Below, one piece after another: positions 59,101 through 60,617 of a DNA stretch of 60,617 nucleotides; within the stretch, counting starts at the first letter, position 1, and each line of letters starts with the position of its first letter. The notes under the pieces were generated by a model, which saw nothing but the letters and a program-made list of their open reading frames with translations, was not told the DNA's origin and ran no database searches. The translations under genes were made by a program, and so were the position numbers. This DNA comes from Candidatus Omnitrophota bacterium (GTDB taxonomy: Bacteria; Omnitrophota; Gorgyraeia; Zapsychrales; Fredricksoniimonadaceae), in the NCBI GenBank assembly GCA_028870995.1, contig JAGWOI010000014.1, positions 1 through 60,617 on the forward strand, read 5' to 3'.

Positions 59101-60617
59101 TGCCGTAACATGACCCCAGGGGCAAACATCGATCTTCCCTTAATCTCCTCCTTAAAATAGACTTTATCCCAATTGATCTGTTTAATATCTTTAGCGATGT
59201 CCTCAACCCCCTTGTAATTCTCGGCGAACCTTACAAGCAGCGGTTTTGGGGGAATGGCCCCGTGGTTCTGCGCAAGCCGAAGCGCACGATCGGTGACCTG
59301 GGCATCCCTATCATGAAGGGTCTGTTTCATGTGGTCGGTCACAGCCACCTTGTTGAACCAATCCAGGTCCTGGTTGGAAGGTATATTGACGAGGGGGCCT
59401 GGCAGGGCCGGCTGGCTTATTTGACGCCGCCGTTTGGCCCAGGCCATGAGCAGCAGCCGCATTAAAGAAGTGCGGGTGGATAATTGTTCATACGATTGGC
59501 GGTCCATGGCCACGACTGTTTTCAAAAAATGTTCGGGATCTTTGAAGTCTACCTTATCGTTCTTAAGCGCGCGAAAAAGCTGGCGGGCCGTGGCAGAAAT
59601 ATCATCTCCATTAAGCGCGTAAAGTTGACTAAGAATATATTGCCCTACAAAATGATTAAACCCGTAATGCGCATCTTTTACAGCCTTTAACAAAAGCGTT
59701 CTGATCTGGCCGCTGCCGGTATTCAAATGTTCTTTGATCATCTGGGCGCGGACGTAGTCCATGAATGCGTTTAAAAATTCGGTAAAGTCACTGTCCTTTG
59801 AATACCCCCTGGGTACATTCTCCCAATTCCACTGGGGATTGTCCTTAATGAATCCTATCAGCAGTTTTCCTATCGCAGCACCCTGCTCCAAGCCTGCCGT
59901 ATTAAAGGACTCCTTTGACAAACGGCCCACCAAGGTGCTGACAAGGGTGTCATAGGCTTCAGCAACCCCATTATGAGGCGCTTGCTGGCGCAAGGCAAAA
60001 TGAATGGCATGACCTACCTCGGAACCCAAACCATGAATGCCGTCATCCACCACCCAATCAATCGTGATTTTATCCTTATACATCCCGTTCGTTGTTGAAG
60101 GATAGGTCCCTTTGGATAACCGCAGGTCAATCTTGCGCATGACTTCGTCGGCCAATTGCGGCTGCCCCATCCGGGAAAGGGCCATGGTCACCACCTCGCG
60201 CAGCAAATCCATGGCCCTGGCATGCTGGGGCGTGTCTTTTTGACGCTGATAGGCCTCCTCCTGCCGGTTCATGAAATTTTCGTAAACGGTATTGGCGGCA
60301 GAATTTTCGCCTAGCATGGCGGGGTTGGAGGCGGTTATGTCGACTAAAACGTCATATGAAGGTCCGGCTTCCTGCTGTTGGTAGCTTTTCAACCAGGTTT
60401 TAACGGTCTGTAAAATACCGCCCTGCATGGCCATGTTGGTCTTACCGATCATGGCAAAATTGACCCCCCCTGAAAAATACTTCCTGGGGATCATCTGCTG
60501 GGTCAGCGGGTCCTGTTCTTCTTTGATGTAGTTGTATACCCCCTTCTTGAAGGCCTGTAAGTACCGTTGGTATATCTTCTGCTTTTCCTGAGGGTCCCGG
60601 ATACTGATCCCCGCCAC
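56124..60617 (-). CDS. Giant multidomain protein (5' end outside window) with Ser/Thr kinase domain and GGIDL C-terminal domain
   Basis: 1497-codon open frame reaching the window edge. Kinase motifs LGEGGAASVY, HNDIKPANI, DFG, DMYSLG; internal ~115-aa duplication; recurring [N/D]xAM linkers. Confidence 0.9.
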   Translation of the reverse strand: MAGISIRDPQEKQKIYQRYLQAFKKGVYNYIKEEQDPLTQQMIPRKYFSGGVNFAMIGKTNMAMQGGILQTVKTWLKSYQQQEAGPSYDVLVDITASNPAMLGENSAANTVYENFMNRQEEAYQRQKDTPQHARAMDLLREVVTMALSRMGQPQLADEVMRKIDLRLSKGTYPSTTNGMYKDKITIDWVVDDGIHGLGSEVGHAIHFALRQQAPHNGVAEAYDTLVSTLVGRLSKESFNTAGLEQGAAIGKLLIGFIKDNPQWNWENVPRGYSKDSDFTEFLNAFMDYVRAQMIKEHLNTGSGQIRTLLLKAVKDAHYGFNHFVGQYILSQLYALNGDDISATARQLFRALKNDKVDFKDPEHFLKTVVAMDRQSYEQLSTRTSLMRLLLMAWAKRRRQISQPALPGPLVNIPSNQDLDWFNKVAVTDHMKQTLHDRDAQVTDRALRLAQNHGAIPPKPLLVRFAENYKGVEDIAKDIKQINWDKVYFKEEIKGRSMFAPGVMLRHDLVWYLLPDESKVALNSALAGIKQAIPVNQAMVSVDDAAFQKHHPEQYAKYKILNELILKTIEGVSETNTVSITSKDVLQLVKDANANEVYAFLKAILKSDDQDLRLLVSKPLVFPWKAWDIHIGLFREEIRTTPAVDIKPLFVDMIDAENEVVLDQSVPALRSYLNKLILYFNAFQDRRGMEYQGYMLNSLRRVLVIDHNRANLMQLMKGSGSPLDKINGSELYWNLVGILNEFDTYPEVREFLKAQDLGRYKQYFSSRNPFFERLSTPDADEDLQKATGEDQGILPKTRFLAPGSTMTFEAGWRGKALVRVSGSELALGFTNGELFMADWEGTVRRVVDANKSARFEGGLKFTNNGTSVSIENNTAITLEIDYSVSQDPAMRSSPSEIKAVKDGFSYADAKRWYMAKRRDHVTFPRGFWDNEITAKNYILAVLDSIGDESVEDKGKFEAARKAGDIKRMAELYRKYVIAYKASDSKRFTDGQIGFFRERGGLSGLMASVVKKPYLDKESSPAALLRFALPRLVDQTNPEALRTLEIEDNYWTQPENAKKAVLAALDPLDDGQFKSARLAHDVKSMADIYRRDVIGYVAQDQARWTNGQYTFFIEVGHLGGLIMQKQAFLEKQGSPAALLKFALPELVDQNNPDALRLSEIANSANSAMVSVLPPVSGARKQALNLLNKIPEFDGLVSESAPDFARMEVLGEGGAASVYQDPDDTSIFYKVAHRGPSNKTTKDSARLIYHMNESGIQGVPQLLEVGVDENNAFWMKLKGIEGGVSLNKSPEFWFAMPMAAKIGIVQGLVQTLQAVHQLGWAHNDIKPANIVVNARGEFMLIDFGIARKFGEPIPAMTPSYSDKYENLSSVSSDMYSLGRTLQDVLSQHDVENPVSQNVSMKIDDLTNRMVGASAQRPASMAEVGNMLQGILDADKAQTTGGIDLTAGQMNLHMNNSGQAIKFHLDPAQLARLGNAPGFMPVIIHVQPMVDLRKFLGVTGS

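Overview
Chromosomal segment of a diderm PVC-superphylum bacterium. The PVC signature small basic protein, lipid A genes, fused LpxC-FabZ and a giant protein ending in a GGIDL motif suggest Candidatus Omnitrophota (inference). Positions 1-~8100 form an AT-richer accessory/defence island: a small DUF6788-like gene, a tandem Zn-ribbon/HNH-like protein, radC and a Type I R-M operon hsdR-fic-hsdM-hsdS, with related operator-like inverted repeats on its promoters. Positions ~8100-56100 are housekeeping and almost all on the minus strand: recO, exeA/exeB-like pair, aroB, dGTPase, thiE, heptose genes, pfkA, accBC, efp, an sqdB glycolipid cluster, lipB, icd, pilT, bamA-skp-lpxD-lpxC/fabZ-lpxA-lpxI, dnaB, ribosomal proteins, prs, glmU, ispE, hisG and two tRNAs. 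This part also carries a dispersed GGGACAC repeat family and a 149-nt nested palindrome. The right end holds the 3' part (>1497 aa) of a giant modular protein. Its unrelated domains (zincin-like, helical/beta, tandem repeat, Ser/Thr kinase) are each bounded by a short [N/D]-x-A-M motif and followed by a GGIDL tail. This is the best candidate for an undescribed system, possibly a processed effector polyprotein.
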